Shown here: positions 1 to 12,640 of the stretch, in pieces
Numbering within the stretch: position 1 is the stretch's first letter
Layout of the letters: each line of letters starts with the position of its first letter
NCBI GenBank assembly: GCA_964016885.1
Contig: OZ024743.1
Location: forward strand, 230,082,001-230,146,000
Reading direction: 5' to 3'
DNA from: Eledone cirrhosa
Taxonomy: Eukaryota
DNA: 64,000 nucleotides
The notes under the pieces: model-generated
What the model was told of the DNA's origin: nothing
The model's database searches: none
Seen by the model: the letters and a program-made list of their open reading frames with translations, nothing else
Program-made: the position numbers and the translations under genes

Positions 1-2
1 AT

Positions 3-1293
3 GACATCCTCAATGCCCGAAAGTCGGTGATTAATTTCGACGACTCTATTTGGATTAAAAAATCCAATAGTACCCCATTCGACGTGAGCATGGGCGCCAG
101 TGACTCTGCGGAGGTTACTGATCTTATTGGCCTTCTCCTTCTTTTCTCTATCAAGGACCAATTCACCAAAGCGGGTGGTGGTTTGTACCGTGACAATGGT
201 CTTTTGACCATGACTAAGTGCGGACCTCGTGCTTGCGACAGGTTCAGAAAAGAACTCACAGCCTTCTATAAAGGCTTCAACCTCTCTATACAGGTTGAGG
301 CCAATCTCTCGGTCGTTAATTACCTCGACGTTACCCTCAATTTATTGAATGGGTTGTATTACCCGTATAGAAAGCCGAATGATACGCTTAATTACATAAG
401 TAAGCATTCCAACCATCCTGCCAGTATAACCAAGAACCTGGTAAGAAACGTTTCGTTGAGGCTTTCCCGTCTTTCCACTAACGAGCGTATTTTCAACGAC
501 CATTCCACTTATTACAATGAAGCTCTTGCTCGAAGTGGATTTGTCGATAAGGTAGCATATACAGAGTACCAAAATAGACCTAGAAGAAATAGATCCCGTC
601 GCATTTGTTGGTTTAACCCACCATATAATATGGAGGTGGCCACACCATTAGCTAAGATCTTTCTTTCCCTTATTACGAAGCATTTTCCCCCTACACATAA
701 ATATAGTAACATTTTTAATAGAAATACTATTAAAATTTCTTACTCTACGACTCCTAACCATGCACATAACATCACAGCTTCAAATTTAGCTAAACTACCT
801 AGCCGTAGGAACACGTGCAATCCTGTAGTTAGTACTAACTGTAATTCTAGGAATCGGGCTGATTGCCCCCTATCCGGGAAATGCATCTCTAGTAACATTG
901 TCTACAAATGTAAGGTTGTAACACCCACGTCCCGTAGGGCTTACATAGGGTTAACCGCCAATAGTTTCAAGCAGCGTATTTACATGCATACCCATTCTTT
1001 TCGTTACCCTCTAAGAAGGAATATGACGTCACTTTCAGCTTATATCTGGAGTCTAAAAGACAACCACACCCAATATAAGTTACACTGGGAGATCCTAGCT
1101 AGGGCTAGATCGTATAACGGAAATAGAAGACCATGTGACCTCTGCGCCGCTGAGGCCCTGGAAATACTCTACGCCACAGACCACATCTTAAACAAAAAAA
1201 TATGAGGCAATTTTGGCTTGTGAACATAAATTGCACAAAACTTTCCTGTATTACAGCCCCACGTTATACCCTAACGGATATTTTACGTCTTGA
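3..1293 (+). pseudogene. PLE reverse transcriptase (C-terminal part) + GIY-YIG endonuclease, inactivated
   Basis: Frame is open from position 3 (DILNARKSVINF). RT motifs FDVSMGA and GLYRDNGL (YxDD mutated to YRDN), VNYLDVTL, YRKP. GIY-YIG motifs IVYKC...YIGLT...FKQR...H and CDLCAAE. An extra A in the A-run at ~1194-1200 shifts the natural C-terminus (YEAILACEHK...), which stops at 1291-1293. Confidence 0.9.
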
Positions 1294-1852
1294 TGTGGGA
1301 GCTAAGTATATGTTTTGTTTATTCCTTTACTTATTTGCATAGGTAAGTATATATTACCCGTATGTTTTGTGAAGGTACGTGTACCTTCTCGTACGTATAT
1401 TTGATTGTTATGGCGTATAATTTTTTATATATTCTGGTACGTAGGATTTGGCTATGTGAATACGGGAGTTTTGCGTCTGTGTGAGTATGCAGGTTCGTAC
1501 GTATGATGGGTGTGTATATATGTGTATTTCTTGTTTTAGTTGACTTACGTCTCCGAACATTCGTGTAATTATATGTGGGTATGTGTGTGCGCTTGTTATA
1601 TACGTATGTATTTATTTATATACGTTTATGTAATTATTTATTTGTATACACGCATACACACACACACATATTTATATGTTCGTGGTTTTGTATACTTATG
1701 GTAAGGTTTTGCATACGCTTTTGCATAAGGTTTTGCATAACACTATAACTAAATAATTATAAACAAATCACTATCCAGACAGCTTCCAATATAATGGTCG
1801 CTTATAATAGGGTACGTCAAAATTAATTATAAAACTGTTTATATATTGTATT

Positions 1853-1907
1853 TTATCTGACGAAGGCATGCCATATTTTTAATATGGTATCCCTGAAATA
1901 TGTATAA
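1853..1907 (+). ncRNA. Type I hammerhead motif (slightly decayed) in PLE 3' region
   Basis: TTAT-CTGACGA-stem II (AGG/CCT, ATGCCATATT/AATATGGTAT)-GAAA-TATGT-ATAA; about one nt is missing around the cleavage triplet. Confidence 0.65.
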
Positions 1908-1954
1908 TGAAATAAATATGGTCTTATAAATATAGTTTCCATTTGTTTAATATC

Positions 1955-2001
<47 letters not shown>

Positions 2002-2040
2002 TATAAATTATATATCTATTTCTATATATATATATATATA

Positions 2041-2660
2041 CATATTGTAAACACCGGGTACAGGCGTTGTAATTTGCCTGGGAGGCGACTGTGACATGAA
2101 AACTACGAACTGGGTCCCCCTGCCCGAACCATAACACCCAGGTGGTCAGCAAGTATGAACAAACATCTGTGAAGCAAATGTACACCGCAGACCATACTCG
2201 GACAAACATTAGTGAAGCAACATCCACTAAATAATAAATGTACACCCCCAGACCCGACCTGTACTGGCACTAGTGAAACAACACACATAATATAAAGATG
2301 TTAAACACCAGCATATGAACAGGTATAAAAATCCACATGGGACTGATTGTTTGAACACCGGCCAGAGTTACTCCCCCTGCTCTGTGATAATAAAAACACA
2401 TGCACAGAGGGGAAAAAATGAACGATGATATTAATTTCACCGTGAATTCCCTCCTGGGTCCTATATTGATAATTATTTTGCTTTCCATGCCCATGATTAT
2501 TCCATTCCGGGCGAAACGTACGTAGGTGCATTATTATATAAACATGTTCTAACGGTTTTAAACTTTTTGTATTCATTTCCTTTATAATCGCTCTGCTTAT
2601 TTTTTCTCGCCCACAAAATATTGACGCCTCTAATATATAACCCTGTAGGCACGACTATTG
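2041..2660 (+). mobile_element. Probable PLE pseudo-LTR fragment with degenerate hammerhead (2488-2530)
   Basis: Starts after (TA)n. GAAAC-GTAC-GTA (palindromic stem III) is preceded by a degenerate core ATGATTA and followed by an AT-rich tail. Confidence 0.4.
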
Positions 2661-2742
2661 AGCACATATGCATAAACTATTGGCAACTAAATATATGTAT
2701 CGCCCATACTTCCATTTTCTTCTCTCACTCGATACTTCATCA

Positions 2743-2895
<153 letters not shown>

Positions 2896-2994
2896 ATAAC
2901 CGAGGTGTCCTACACGAGTGAAAGTATAAGGAAAAAAGATGAAATGGAAAATGCATCTGGAGTCTTGTTTAAAAATATATAAATTAATTTGGTT

Positions 2995-3032
2995 CCTTTA
3001 CCGGTTTCGCAGTTCTTCTGCCTTTCAAAAGT
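2995..3032 (-). ncRNA. Variant minimal hammerhead (U3-A8 type)
   Basis: CTT-TTGAAAG-GCAG aagaa CTGC-GAAAC-CG-GTA-AAG; palindromic stem III ACCGGT. Confidence 0.55.
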
Positions 3033-4254
3033 AGAGTTGAGATGGAGTGTCTGAGGTTTTTCTCATATGGAAAAAGTGGCTCGAAATGCCAGGTTTTTAG
3101 AGAAGTTATATGATTGGTTGGTGAATAAGTATAATACATTTCGCGCCAGTTCGCGTTACAAAGTTCTTCAAAAAAGGTGTGGGGGGGGGGGATCAGGTTG
3201 TTTGTTCATATATGAGTGAAGTTTTGTTGGCTGATGCTGTCACGTTAATAAGCCAGTTTGTGTTTGAATTTCTGAAGGTGGTGTGTGTGTGTAGGTGTAC
3301 GTGTGTGTGTGTGTGTATGTGAAAGTAAGAGTTGGGGGAAGAACGGGGTTCCATGTTCAGGAAGAGGTGTGTGCGAGGTGGGGTGTAGGTCGGTGTATGT
3401 GCGTGTGGGGTGGGGTGTAGGTCGGTGTGTGTGCGTGTGTGTATGGGGAGGTGTCATAGTGGTGAGGATTCCGGAGGCTGAGTATGTAAATATGTGGTGG
3501 TACGCACGTGTGTGTGTGGTGTTTATGCGTGTTGTGGATGTAGGTGGCGAGTGGGAAAAATTTTTTTTTACTGTATGTCAGTGGGTGAGTCCTTAAGGTA
3601 GTTCCGTAGAGGATGTGGTGGAATGCTGGGTAATATCCTTGGGATGTGGTGGATTCTAGGGATCGATGTTCAATATGTGTAATCCGTGGTTGGTCGGAAG
3701 AGGGGAGATGTGGGTGCGCGTGTAACAGGAAGTGGTCACAGGGTCAAGGCAGGAGGAGGGTTGTGTGTCTGTGTGTGCGGGGAGGTGGTCAGAGATAAGG
3801 GCATAGCAGCAGTCGGGTAGTATGGTAAGTGAAGAAAGTCGGTGTGTCAGTGTGTGCGGAGGTGCGGTGGACAGGGGAGAGGATGGGTAGGTGTGAAAGT
3901 TGGAGTGAGTAGGCGGTGTGTGTGTATTAGTAGAGGTGTTAGTGCGATGTGTGTGTGAGAAAGGGTGTGGTGGAGCGGGGAGAGAAGGGTGTGGGGGCCG
4001 GTGGAGGGAGTGTAGTGTACTGGTGTGTGTGTGCATGTGTTTAGTGTGAACGTGTGTATATATGTACCGGTGGGTGTGTGCGTGTGATAAGGGGAGGCGG
4101 GAGAAGGAAGGGATGTTAATATGTTAGTTGGGGAAGGGTGGTCGGGTGTGGGGTGGAGGTGTTAGTATTGTTAGTTGTGGGGTGGGCGGTGAAAAGGAGG
4201 GGTATGTTAGTGGTGTTAGTGGGGGATATGTGAGGGGGGGGGGGGGGTCGAAGG

Positions 4255-4558
4255 CTAAAGGAATAAGGGTGGGGAGTTCAGGCCGGGGGGAGTGTGGGTC
4301 TGTAGGGTGAAGATGGTTCGTTTTTCGACCCTGAGGAGTGTGGCGGGTGTTCCGTGGCTTTGGAGTAGACCACAGACTATGAGGTGGTGTGCGGAATGTC
4401 CAGGGGCACCAAAGTGGCGGGCGATGGGGGGACTGCCACCGAGACGAATATCTCCGGTCCGCCAGGCGACGTCCAGTCTGTCCGACGTAGGTTGTGCTGC
4501 ACTCCGTGCAGCGAAGTCCGTAGACTAGGTTGGAGGAGGTGCAGCGGAAGGCATGCCG
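4255..4558 (-). pseudogene. GIY-YIG endonuclease domain of a PLE (frameshifted; not in ORF track)
   Basis: RHAFRCTSSNLVYGLRCTECSTTYVGQTGRRLADR, then a small deletion, then DIRLGGSPPIARHFGAPGHS...LRVEKRTIFTLQTHTPPGLNSPPLFL*. Confidence 0.88.
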
Positions 4559-4575
4559 GATATATATATATATAT

Positions 4576-5350
4576 ATAAAATATTAAAAAAATAATGAAT
4601 AAAACAATGAAACAGTTCCTTATATTAAACAAAAAAAGTTCATTATTTAACGATCGTTTCTAGAACATATATGTGTTAGAATTGTCATGCATATTCAACA
4701 GATCTATGTACAAAATTATACAAAATTATACAAACTATCAAATTTAATATACATACCAACACATATATATGCCGTCTTCAGAAATAATGAAATATATTTA
4801 TTGATAATAACAACAATTCAAAATTACAGGTCTGTTTGGGAACAGAGTTCAAATTGACCAATGAAATACACAAAAAATATATCCAGAAAATACAGTTAGG
4901 TGTGTGTATATATGGAAGTAACTTCGTTCACAGATATGCATAAAAATATATGTTCACATGCATACGCATGTCGAAAAAATGTATGTAAATACAAACATTC
5001 AGGGCTAATGTCTCTGTATGTTTATAATCTACAGATAAAATACATATACGTATATAAACATATATACACATATAATTTTGTACATAGATCTGTTGAATAT
5101 GCATGCCAATTCTAACACATATATGTCCTAGAAACGATCGTTAAATAATGAACTTTTTTTGTTTAATATAAGGAACTGTTTCATTGTTTTATTCATTATT
5201 TTTTTAATATTTTATCTTGACTCTGTATTCCGTTTATCTTTCACCGAAAGTGATTTTTGAATGCATCTCTTCTTTCCATGATATCCGGATTACATTGAGT
5301 TCTTCATACAGATTGGACACTACCGTAAACTCTTGGTAGATTTATCTACA
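4576..5350. mobile_element. Divergently inverted PLE pseudo-LTR insertion (arms 4576-4720 / 5071-5215)
   Basis: ~145 bp near-perfect inverted repeat between (TA)n tracts, containing an HHR. Confidence 0.75.
4640..4790 (-). ncRNA. Type I hammerhead with ~114 nt extended stem II
   Basis: Stem I TCATTATTT/AAATAATGA (9 bp), core CTGAAGA, long stem II (CATATATATGTGTTGG pairs with CTAACACATATATG), GAAAC-GATC-GTT. Confidence 0.75.
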
Positions 5351-5444
5351 TATATATATACGTTATTCCGGGTTGAATCGGAGGTAACCACAGTAAGTAA
5401 GGTACTCAATACATAGCAGAGTATAAAGGTTTTAATATAGATGA

Positions 5445-5493
5445 GATTCTACAGGACTAGAACTGTTTCATTCTTTAGAAATCATCAGGAATC
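5445..5493 (-). ncRNA. Type I hammerhead (left arm of hairpin insertion)
   Basis: Reverse complement of the HHR at 5498-5548. Confidence 0.8.
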
Positions 5494-5497
5494 GATC

Positions 5498-5548
5498 AGA
5501 TTCCTGATGATTTCTAAAGAATGAAACAGTTCTAGTCCTGTAGAATCT
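5498..5548 (+). ncRNA. Type I hammerhead ribozyme, canonical core
   Basis: AGATTC-CTGATGA-TTTCTAAAGAAT-GAAACAG ttctagtc CTGTA-GAATCT; stem I 6 bp, stem III ACAG/CTGT, GUA triplet. Confidence 0.85.
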
Positions 5549-5552
5549 CATC

Positions 5553-5629
<77 letters not shown>

Positions 5630-5829
5630 ATACATACCCATCAGGTACACGTTCAATTGTGGTTGAATGGCTGGTATATACGTCTTCTGATGAGAGTCAA
5701 CTTATATCTGAAGCTCGATTAAAAATGTCATTTTCCAATTTAAGAGGAACTTTGTATTTTGATTCGCGTTTACATCCCCACATATTAGATATGTATATAT
5801 ATTTGTAAACGTGTGTGTGTGTGTGTGTG

Positions 5830-5927
<98 letters not shown>

Positions 5928-6068
5928 CTGTGCGTGTGACTGTGCGTGTATGTCTGAAAGTATGTGTGTTTGGAAAACGGGGAATATTAACGCACAGTCG
6001 ACTTATACGCTCCGTTACGATTACATTATTTTATTAAGTTAAAATTAAGACGAAATATTCGAATTTAG

Positions 6069-6111
<43 letters not shown>

Positions 6112-6367
6112 CCCTTAGCGCCTGTGCGTATAGGAACACATATTCTATTATTACTATACTCCTCTAGGTTGAGAAAAAAATTTGGTCGTTCTGACTGCTG
6201 CTAATTATAGCGGTAGCCGACTGACCTGCCTGCCTCTGGCTCTAACTTTACACTCGGCCCTTGAAAAAAATTGATTCCACTTCATTTACTCTCATCTCGG
6301 GAACAATTTTGAATAGTGCCAGTTTGTAATTTAAGTTCGAGAATTTTATATTCTTCGAATGTAAAGA

Positions 6368-6451
6368 ACCTTCTGACGAGAATCTTTCTTTGCAACGAAG
6401 GCCGTATGGACTCCGTTTATTTTTGAGATTCGAAACCGATTTGGTAAAGGT
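6368..6451 (+). ncRNA. Type I hammerhead ribozyme, canonical core, long loop II
   Basis: ACCTT-CTGACGA-GAATCT..(40 nt)..AGATTC-GAAACC gattt GGTA-AAGGT; the tail ends in (TA)n at ~6523. Confidence 0.85.
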
Positions 6452-6519
6452 AACTATAGTAAGTAATGTTCATTTTAAAAAATTTATTTTGAAACTTTTT
6501 CCTTATTTGCTAAACCTTG

Positions 6520-6579
<60 letters not shown>

Positions 6580-6580
<1 letters not shown>

Positions 6581-6773
6581 TAAGCTTTGTTGGTTCACCA
6601 CTGGATAGAACTGGTCATTCTGTATGGTCAATCCTGGTGTAATATTGTGAAGATTACTCAACGCAGTGCAGTTCCCCCATCTTCATTTGTGTAGTTGGTG
6701 GTGCGAATACGGAGTTAATTATAATAAACCTTTCAAGGATTTACACCAGTCCAGCCTACTGTTATTTCATTTA
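6580..6773 (+). repeat. Unclassified repeat sharing a ~55 bp terminus with 14178-14232
   Basis: TATAATAAACCTTTCAAGGATTTACACCAGTCCAGCCTMCTGTTATTTYATTTA then (TA)n at both loci. Confidence 0.6.
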
Positions 6774-6794
6774 TATATATATATATATATATAT

Positions 6795-7354
6795 TAGGAT
6801 TGGTGGTCTGAAATAGCGATGTATACAAGAATGTATGTATTAGTATATTTAGCAATATACCGTATGTTTAATTGAAAACATTTTGAAGACCTTGCGCTAT
6901 CATATTTAAGTTAGTGACTATGTCACTTCTTTTTTTTTTTTGCTAGACCGGCAATCGCTCTGTATAATCAGCTCCTGATTATTACTGGAATTCTATAATA
7001 ATCCAGCTACTATAGTTTTCGGCAAATATATATAAAACCATATGCATTTAGTATTATGCTGAAATGGCCTAACAAATGTTCATATAATTTACCCGCGCGT
7101 TGTTTATTAAGATACATAATTTTTTTTTAAATGCCCTAGCAGCCGAAGTATATAATGAAATTATACATACCGTGTGTGTAATATAGACTGTTCTGATGAT
7201 CACCAACAGTGTGAAACAGACTCTGTCAGCTTCTCTCCCTTCTTTTTCGAAAAATAAAGAAGTAAGTGACATCGTCACTACTTTAAAAATGATAGTGCAA
7301 GGTCTTCAAAATGCTTTTAATTAAAGATACGGTATATTGCCAAATATACTATAC

Positions 7355-7357
<3 letters not shown>
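6795..7357. mobile_element. Divergently inverted PLE pseudo-LTR insertion (arms ~6835-6930 / 7264-7357); related to the 37.2-37.56 kb repeat
   Basis: Imperfect inverted repeat between (TA)n tracts with an internal HHR. Motifs CTGAAATAGCGAT and AACATTTTGAAGACCT are shared with 37453-37540. Confidence 0.65.
7190..7230 (+). ncRNA. Type I hammerhead motif
   Basis: GTT-CTGATGA-T CAC caaca GTG T-GAAACAG act CTGTC-AGC; stem I is weak. Confidence 0.65.
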
Positions 7358-7425
<68 letters not shown>

Positions 7426-7610
7426 GTGTGTGTGTAAAGTAGACAAACGTAGAGTTGAAGCTAAAATGAAAAGCAATATTAGGATTTACGCAATGTTTCT
7501 TGGACACACTTCGAAAAGGACATCAACTATTAGAATGCAGGGTATATATTGTTTTCAAATGATTTTTTTCTATATATATACGCACTCACATACACACATA
7601 CATATACCTG

Positions 7611-7642
<32 letters not shown>

Positions 7643-8379
7643 GGTGGGGGTTGTGATGTGATATGCCTATGAAGAAAGTGCACACACAAGAAACGAGGAT
7701 AAAGTGAACATTTGGATCTATGTCGGCATCTATCTCTATCTATCTCAACTGCCTGACATATGTATCTCCCTGGCATCTTAACTACGCCTCTTCTGCTTCC
7801 ACTCCCCTTCTCCTGCTTTCACTCCCCCTCTCCTGCTTCCACTCCCCCGCTTCCACTCCCCCATCTCCTGCTTGAACTCCCTCTGTCTCTCTCACTCATC
7901 TTACTACTTTATTTTTCCCACTCACCTCACTACACTGATTCACGGAAATACCTCACCGTGTCCGACATATTTGAGACAAAATATCGCTTCATGACCCAAA
8001 CTGAACGCTAACTTTTCCAAAATGCACTACTGCTTTCACAAAGTTTTACCGGATATAACTTACAGATTTCACGCTTGCTCACTCAGTGCAACCGGATATG
8101 ATTTACAGACGCTATAGCAGAAGTTAAAGAACAATTGATACGCCATCAGGAGAATATATTTTTTTCATTACTTTTCTCCTAAGTTTTCTACATTTATTTT
8201 GCCTACTCCTCCTCCAGTTCTTCTTTGCTTCCTACTTCATCATCGTCTATTTAGTTTTCTTGTTCTTTTATCACCACAGACACTACTTCATCGGCCGTTA
8301 TTTCTATTTTCCACAAAATAATGATCTCTAGAAAGTTATACTATTGTAGTTATTCTTACGTATGCGCTTGTAGACTGAG

Positions 8380-8660
8380 TAATGGGAGGATTGAGAAAGG
8401 GCGCTTGCCCTGGTGGTCAGGGTGGCCGTGGTCTTTTGTGTGGTGTTCGCCACGAGTGAGCCTCGGAGCTTTTCCCCCTATTGGGGAATTTTTGTTTGAA
8501 ATTTTGTATTTGTTTTTACACATTTCTATTTTCTTGTTATAACCTTTTTTACACGTCCAAAACCCACTTTGTATCGTCCTGTACTGTTTTGTGCTGTCTG
8601 TAACATTTTTCTTCATGTTAGCCCTTTTGGCAAATAAAGAAAGCATTATTACTATTAAAA
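8380..8660 (+). mobile_element. 3' UTR-only fragment of the Tx1/L1-clade LINE
   Basis: CCCCTATTGGGGAATTT hairpin, T-rich tract and AATAAAGAAAGC(ATT)n tail, as in the longer copies. Confidence 0.7.
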
Positions 8661-9475
8661 TCATTATTATTTTTGTTATTGTAATTATTATTAGAGATGC
8701 AGTGAATGGCCAGCAGTGTCATACATAACTTACTGTGCTCTAATTGCTCTCCATCGCGCTTTGCTGGTTCCACTTTTCTAACAGTTGGAGCACTAGGTGA
8801 TAAGCCTTTGAACGTTGCACGACGATTCCAGTCTTCACATGTGTAGGTAGACAAGCTTTTACTCTTTATTTCATGGCTGGCTGTCACTCATGAATTCCTC
8901 TGCCCTCACATACGTTTTGTTCTTCATCCCAAACAGTGTCCAAAAGTCACCACACTCACCAATCAGGATTGGTAGTTTGGGTTCTTTACTCGCCGCCGAC
9001 GAACCAAACAATAGGTTGTACTGACTACTAACGGTCGAGTGTGACCTAATTATGATATAAACACACACATATATATATATATATATATATGTATGTATAT
9101 ATGTAAGCATACACATAGACATACATATATACATACTCACATATCTATGCTCATATACACACACATAAATATATACATACCCCCTTCATATATATATAGA
9201 GAGAGAGAGAGAAGAATACTGCAGGTAGCACATGGATAACATGTAATAAAATAAGTCCCTCATCAGTGATTTGCCGAAGATCATAGATATTTCATTGCAT
9301 TAAAAATCATATATCTCACGTCGGTGCAATAATAACCAAAATAAGTTATTAGGACAATTAAAACGCGTAAAGCGAGTGAGACAGGAGAACAACAGAAAGT
9401 ATAGCATACCGTAGGGGACAGAAACAAGCTTCAAAAATGATTCTGTTTAGCATAAGCTAGGTGAATATATGAGCG

Positions 9476-9533
<58 letters not shown>

Positions 9534-9876
9534 CGTGTGTGTGTGTTTATTAGATACGTATTCCACCATGTAACACTTTATGTATTTTTTCATGTACAAA
9601 CCCATGTGTATTTTTTATACACTTTTTTTTATATATGTTTAAAGTATACCCTTCCCGTATCTAATTTTGTTTATAAGATTTCTGTATGTGGATTATTTCA
9701 CGCTAACACCATAATGCCAATTCAGTCAACATGTGCATCGAAGTTTGTCTGTATATGCGTATGTGTATGAGGGAGCATATATATACGCGTGCGTGTGAGG
9801 GTGTGTATATATATATATATGTGTATGTATATGTACACACGTGTTTATATATGTGTGTGTGCGTGTGCGTGTGCAT

Positions 9877-9949
<73 letters not shown>

Positions 9950-9969
9950 GTTAAAAGAATAGAGGTGTA

Positions 9970-10460
9970 ACACACAAGTTATTATATATTGGTAAACGGA
10001 ATAGAAAATGCTGACAAATTGTTCACAGTTGAAAAATGGTTTAATTAGGAATAAAAGAGTATTAGTGATTGTATGGGTTAGTATTCAGTTGTGGTTTTAA
10101 GTTTTTAAGTTTTTACCGGTTGCGCATTTCTAAATGCTTTTCAAAAATAATTTTGAGATAGAGTGTCCGTGCTGTTTGCTCTGATCTGATTAGTTTTGGG
10201 AATTCTACCTGTTTTTATGTTAAAAAAATGGCTCCAGCGTTATTTTTGTGTTGCAAAAATGCTTGTGGTCAAAACAATTTTGATTGGTCGGTAGAGGTCA
10301 TGTGAATGTAAAAAGTTGATTTTGCGCCAAGACTGTTTTTATGTTAAAATGTTAGAAAAGTGGCTCCAGCAAAAATTATGGTCAAAACAATTTTGATTGG
10401 TCGGTAGAGGTCATGTGGATAAAAAATTGGTTTTGCGCCAAGATTGAGAAATGACTCTTT
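9970..10460 (-). mobile_element. PLE pseudo-LTR fragment with U3-A8 hammerhead variant (10111-10147) and internal ~115 bp tandem duplication (10225-10445)
   Basis: Reverse-complement homolog of 46436-46625, and similar around the HHR to the 3' end of the 2897-4560 element. Confidence 0.65.
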
Positions 10461-10468
10461 CACAACAA

Positions 10469-10526
<58 letters not shown>

Positions 10527-10595
10527 TAGTAGTAGTAAGGTGTTCGATGCTGCGACAATAGCCACCAGCGATGTGTGTCAAATGGCTATTAAGAT

Positions 10596-10633
<38 letters not shown>

Positions 10634-10970
10634 ACATACACACAGCAGAGTCATTCGAAGGTCAAAAGATATTTTTCAGCTTTTGTCTTATACGGAGAAG
10701 TGCGTGTGTGTGTGTGTGTGTGTATAAGTCTCTTTGTATGTTGATGTACGCGTGTGTATGTGTTTGTGTATATATGTGTGTGTGTGTGTGTGTGTGTGCG
10801 TGTGTGGGTGGACCAGTATTTTTTTCCCCCCTGGTAAAATGGTGTACATTATTCGATTTTTTCAGTAAAATCGGTTCTCTTAATAGAACATCAACAATCT
10901 TAACAATAAAAGGTGTGAAATGATATTCACTATATATATATACACACACACACACATACATATATATTTT

Positions 10971-11016
<46 letters not shown>

Positions 11017-11126
11017 GTGTGTGTGTGTATGTGTCTGTGTGTGTGTATATGAGTAGGCCTGACTGACTGCATATGTACGTTTGTGCATGTATGTGTGCGT
11101 ATACATGTGTGTAAAATATGTGTGTA

Positions 11127-11214
<88 letters not shown>

Positions 11215-11410
11215 TCGTGTATGTATATATGTGGGTACCTTATGTGTCCGTGTGTGCCTATGTCTATGTATGAATATACCTATATATGAGAGGTGAATAT
11301 ATGTATGCACACGCGTGTGTGTGTGTGTGTCCTCACAGATAAGTGTGCGATTAACGGCTCGGAATGTCTATATATGTATAAGCACATATGCGTGTGGATG
11401 TATGTATGTA

Positions 11411-11905
11411 TGTAGAGAGACGGACAAGCCAGGGGGTGGCAAGAGAGGTCATAAAACTTCTCCTACACTTAGAAGTAATTTCTGGCGCCGGGATTCGGGT
11501 GAGTGACAGCTCACGCCTGAATGGAAATGGTCAGTTGGCAGATTTGAATGGTCATACACAAAGATGACGTCCCGAAATACCAACCAAGCGGAGTACAGCG
11601 CAAACAGGATGAAGGTAGATGATAGAAATTCGAAGGGCAGAGACCAGGAAAAAGAGGATTTGCTTCGAAATCACTAGACGTATCTGAGTAACTTGCGATT
11701 CCAGAGTCAGGTTCGATCCACAAACACAGCTGTTTGTGTTCGATCTTAACCTCGAGCTGTTCGCCGAAGAAACATTTGTAATACGTAATAAATTTGTGTT
11801 CCGATGCATCGCTGATTCTTCGTTTTCCATATTATCATACTCTGCTCTAAAGGAGCATAGAGGGCTCAACCGGCATACCGCCTATGGAAGCATCCAAGCA
11901 ACCTT

Positions 11906-11911
<6 letters not shown>
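11411..11911 (+). mobile_element. Possible solo LTR
   Basis: 501 bp of balanced composition bounded by TGTAG...CTACA, with AATAAA at ~11787 and TA-rich flanks. Confidence 0.35.
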
Positions 11912-11996
<85 letters not shown>

Positions 11997-12006
11997 ATAT
12001 ATATAT

Positions 12007-12640
12007 CTTCATCATCATCATCAGGTCGAGCTTGCTCGGCTTTCTACGACACGTTTCCTCCATCCATCTCTGTCTCTCATAGCGTTTGCCAATTCTTCCG
12101 CAGTGCATCCAGTATCGTCCTTAAGTTGCTTGACGTATGTCTTCTTGGGGCGACCAGCGTTTCTTTCTCCATGAGATGGACTCCATAACAACACATCACC
12201 TGCTATTTCTTCTTTGCTGCGCCAACAATGGCCAGCAAATCTGAGTCTCTGTCCACGTATTGACCTGCTGATTGGTGGTATATTGCCAAATAGATCCGTA
12301 TTTGTTGGGTGTTCCCTCCAAGACACGTTTAAAGCAGCACGGAGCATACGTTTGTATATATCCTCAGTTGGTATGCGAAGTCTAAACGGCGATACAATCA
12401 AGCAAGTTGACGACTTCAAATACCAGGGTAGCTATATCGCCTCCACAGAACATAATGTTAACATCAGACTGGGAAAAGCCTGGGGAGCATTGAATGCAAT
12501 GGAAAAGATATGGAAATCAAACCTGCCGGCCAAACTGAAAAGGAATTTCTTCAGAGCTGCTGTGGAATCTGTGCTTGTTTATGGCTATATCACTTGGACG
12601 CTAACGTCGAAGCTGGAGAAAAAGCTAGACGGGGCATATA
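12007..12640 (-). mobile_element. RTE-clade LINE 3' fragment with 5' inversion
   Basis: The minus part 12021-12359 encodes YKRMLRAALNVSW...RLRFAGHCWR...GRPKKTY, followed by a (TGA)n tail. The plus part 12361-12638 encodes the immediately upstream region VDDFKYQGS...ESVLVYG...KLDGAY. Confidence 0.9.

Larger units (their letters stand above)
1..1955 (+). mobile_element. Penelope-like element (PLE), probably Naiad-type; runs off the window start; 3' UTR/pseudo-LTR with hammerhead, ends in (TA)n
   Basis: RT+GIY-YIG ORF, then ~650 bp of AT-rich UTR, an HHR-like motif at 1853-1907, and a junction into (TA)n at ~1955. Clade is recalled from motifs WFNPPY, IFNRNTIKISYS and CPLSGKC, and needs a phylogeny. 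Confidence 0.88.
2897..4560 (-). mobile_element. 5'-truncated PLE (Neptune-like GIY-YIG) with ~1.35 kb CA-rich 3' UTR and variant hammerhead; (TA)n on both sides
   Basis: Manual minus-strand translation gives an endonuclease domain at 4558-4255; HHR variant at 3032-2995; both ends abut (TA)n. Confidence 0.85.

Noticed and set aside
27-1205. Selenoprotein-type (in-frame TGA) PLE or an active element
   Set aside because: The terminal TGA is better explained by a 1 nt slip in an A-run; catalytic YRDD is mutated to YRDN, so this copy is dead.
5684-5725. CTGATGA...GAAGCTCGATT hammerhead-like motif
   Set aside because: Too decayed (no GAAA, poor stems); at most a fossil HHR.
8695-9050. Minus-strand ORFs, possibly a LINE 3' end
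   Set aside because: No diagnostic motif I can name with confidence.
9255-9270. Isolated CTGATGA cores (also ~30509, ~45274, ~49485) and TTGATGA at ~51109
   Set aside because: No properly placed GAAAC/NUH or stem I partner.
10560-10575. GCCACCAGCGATGT shared with ~27756 (CTCF-like)
   Set aside because: A 14 bp match only, imperfect to the CTCF consensus; could be chance.
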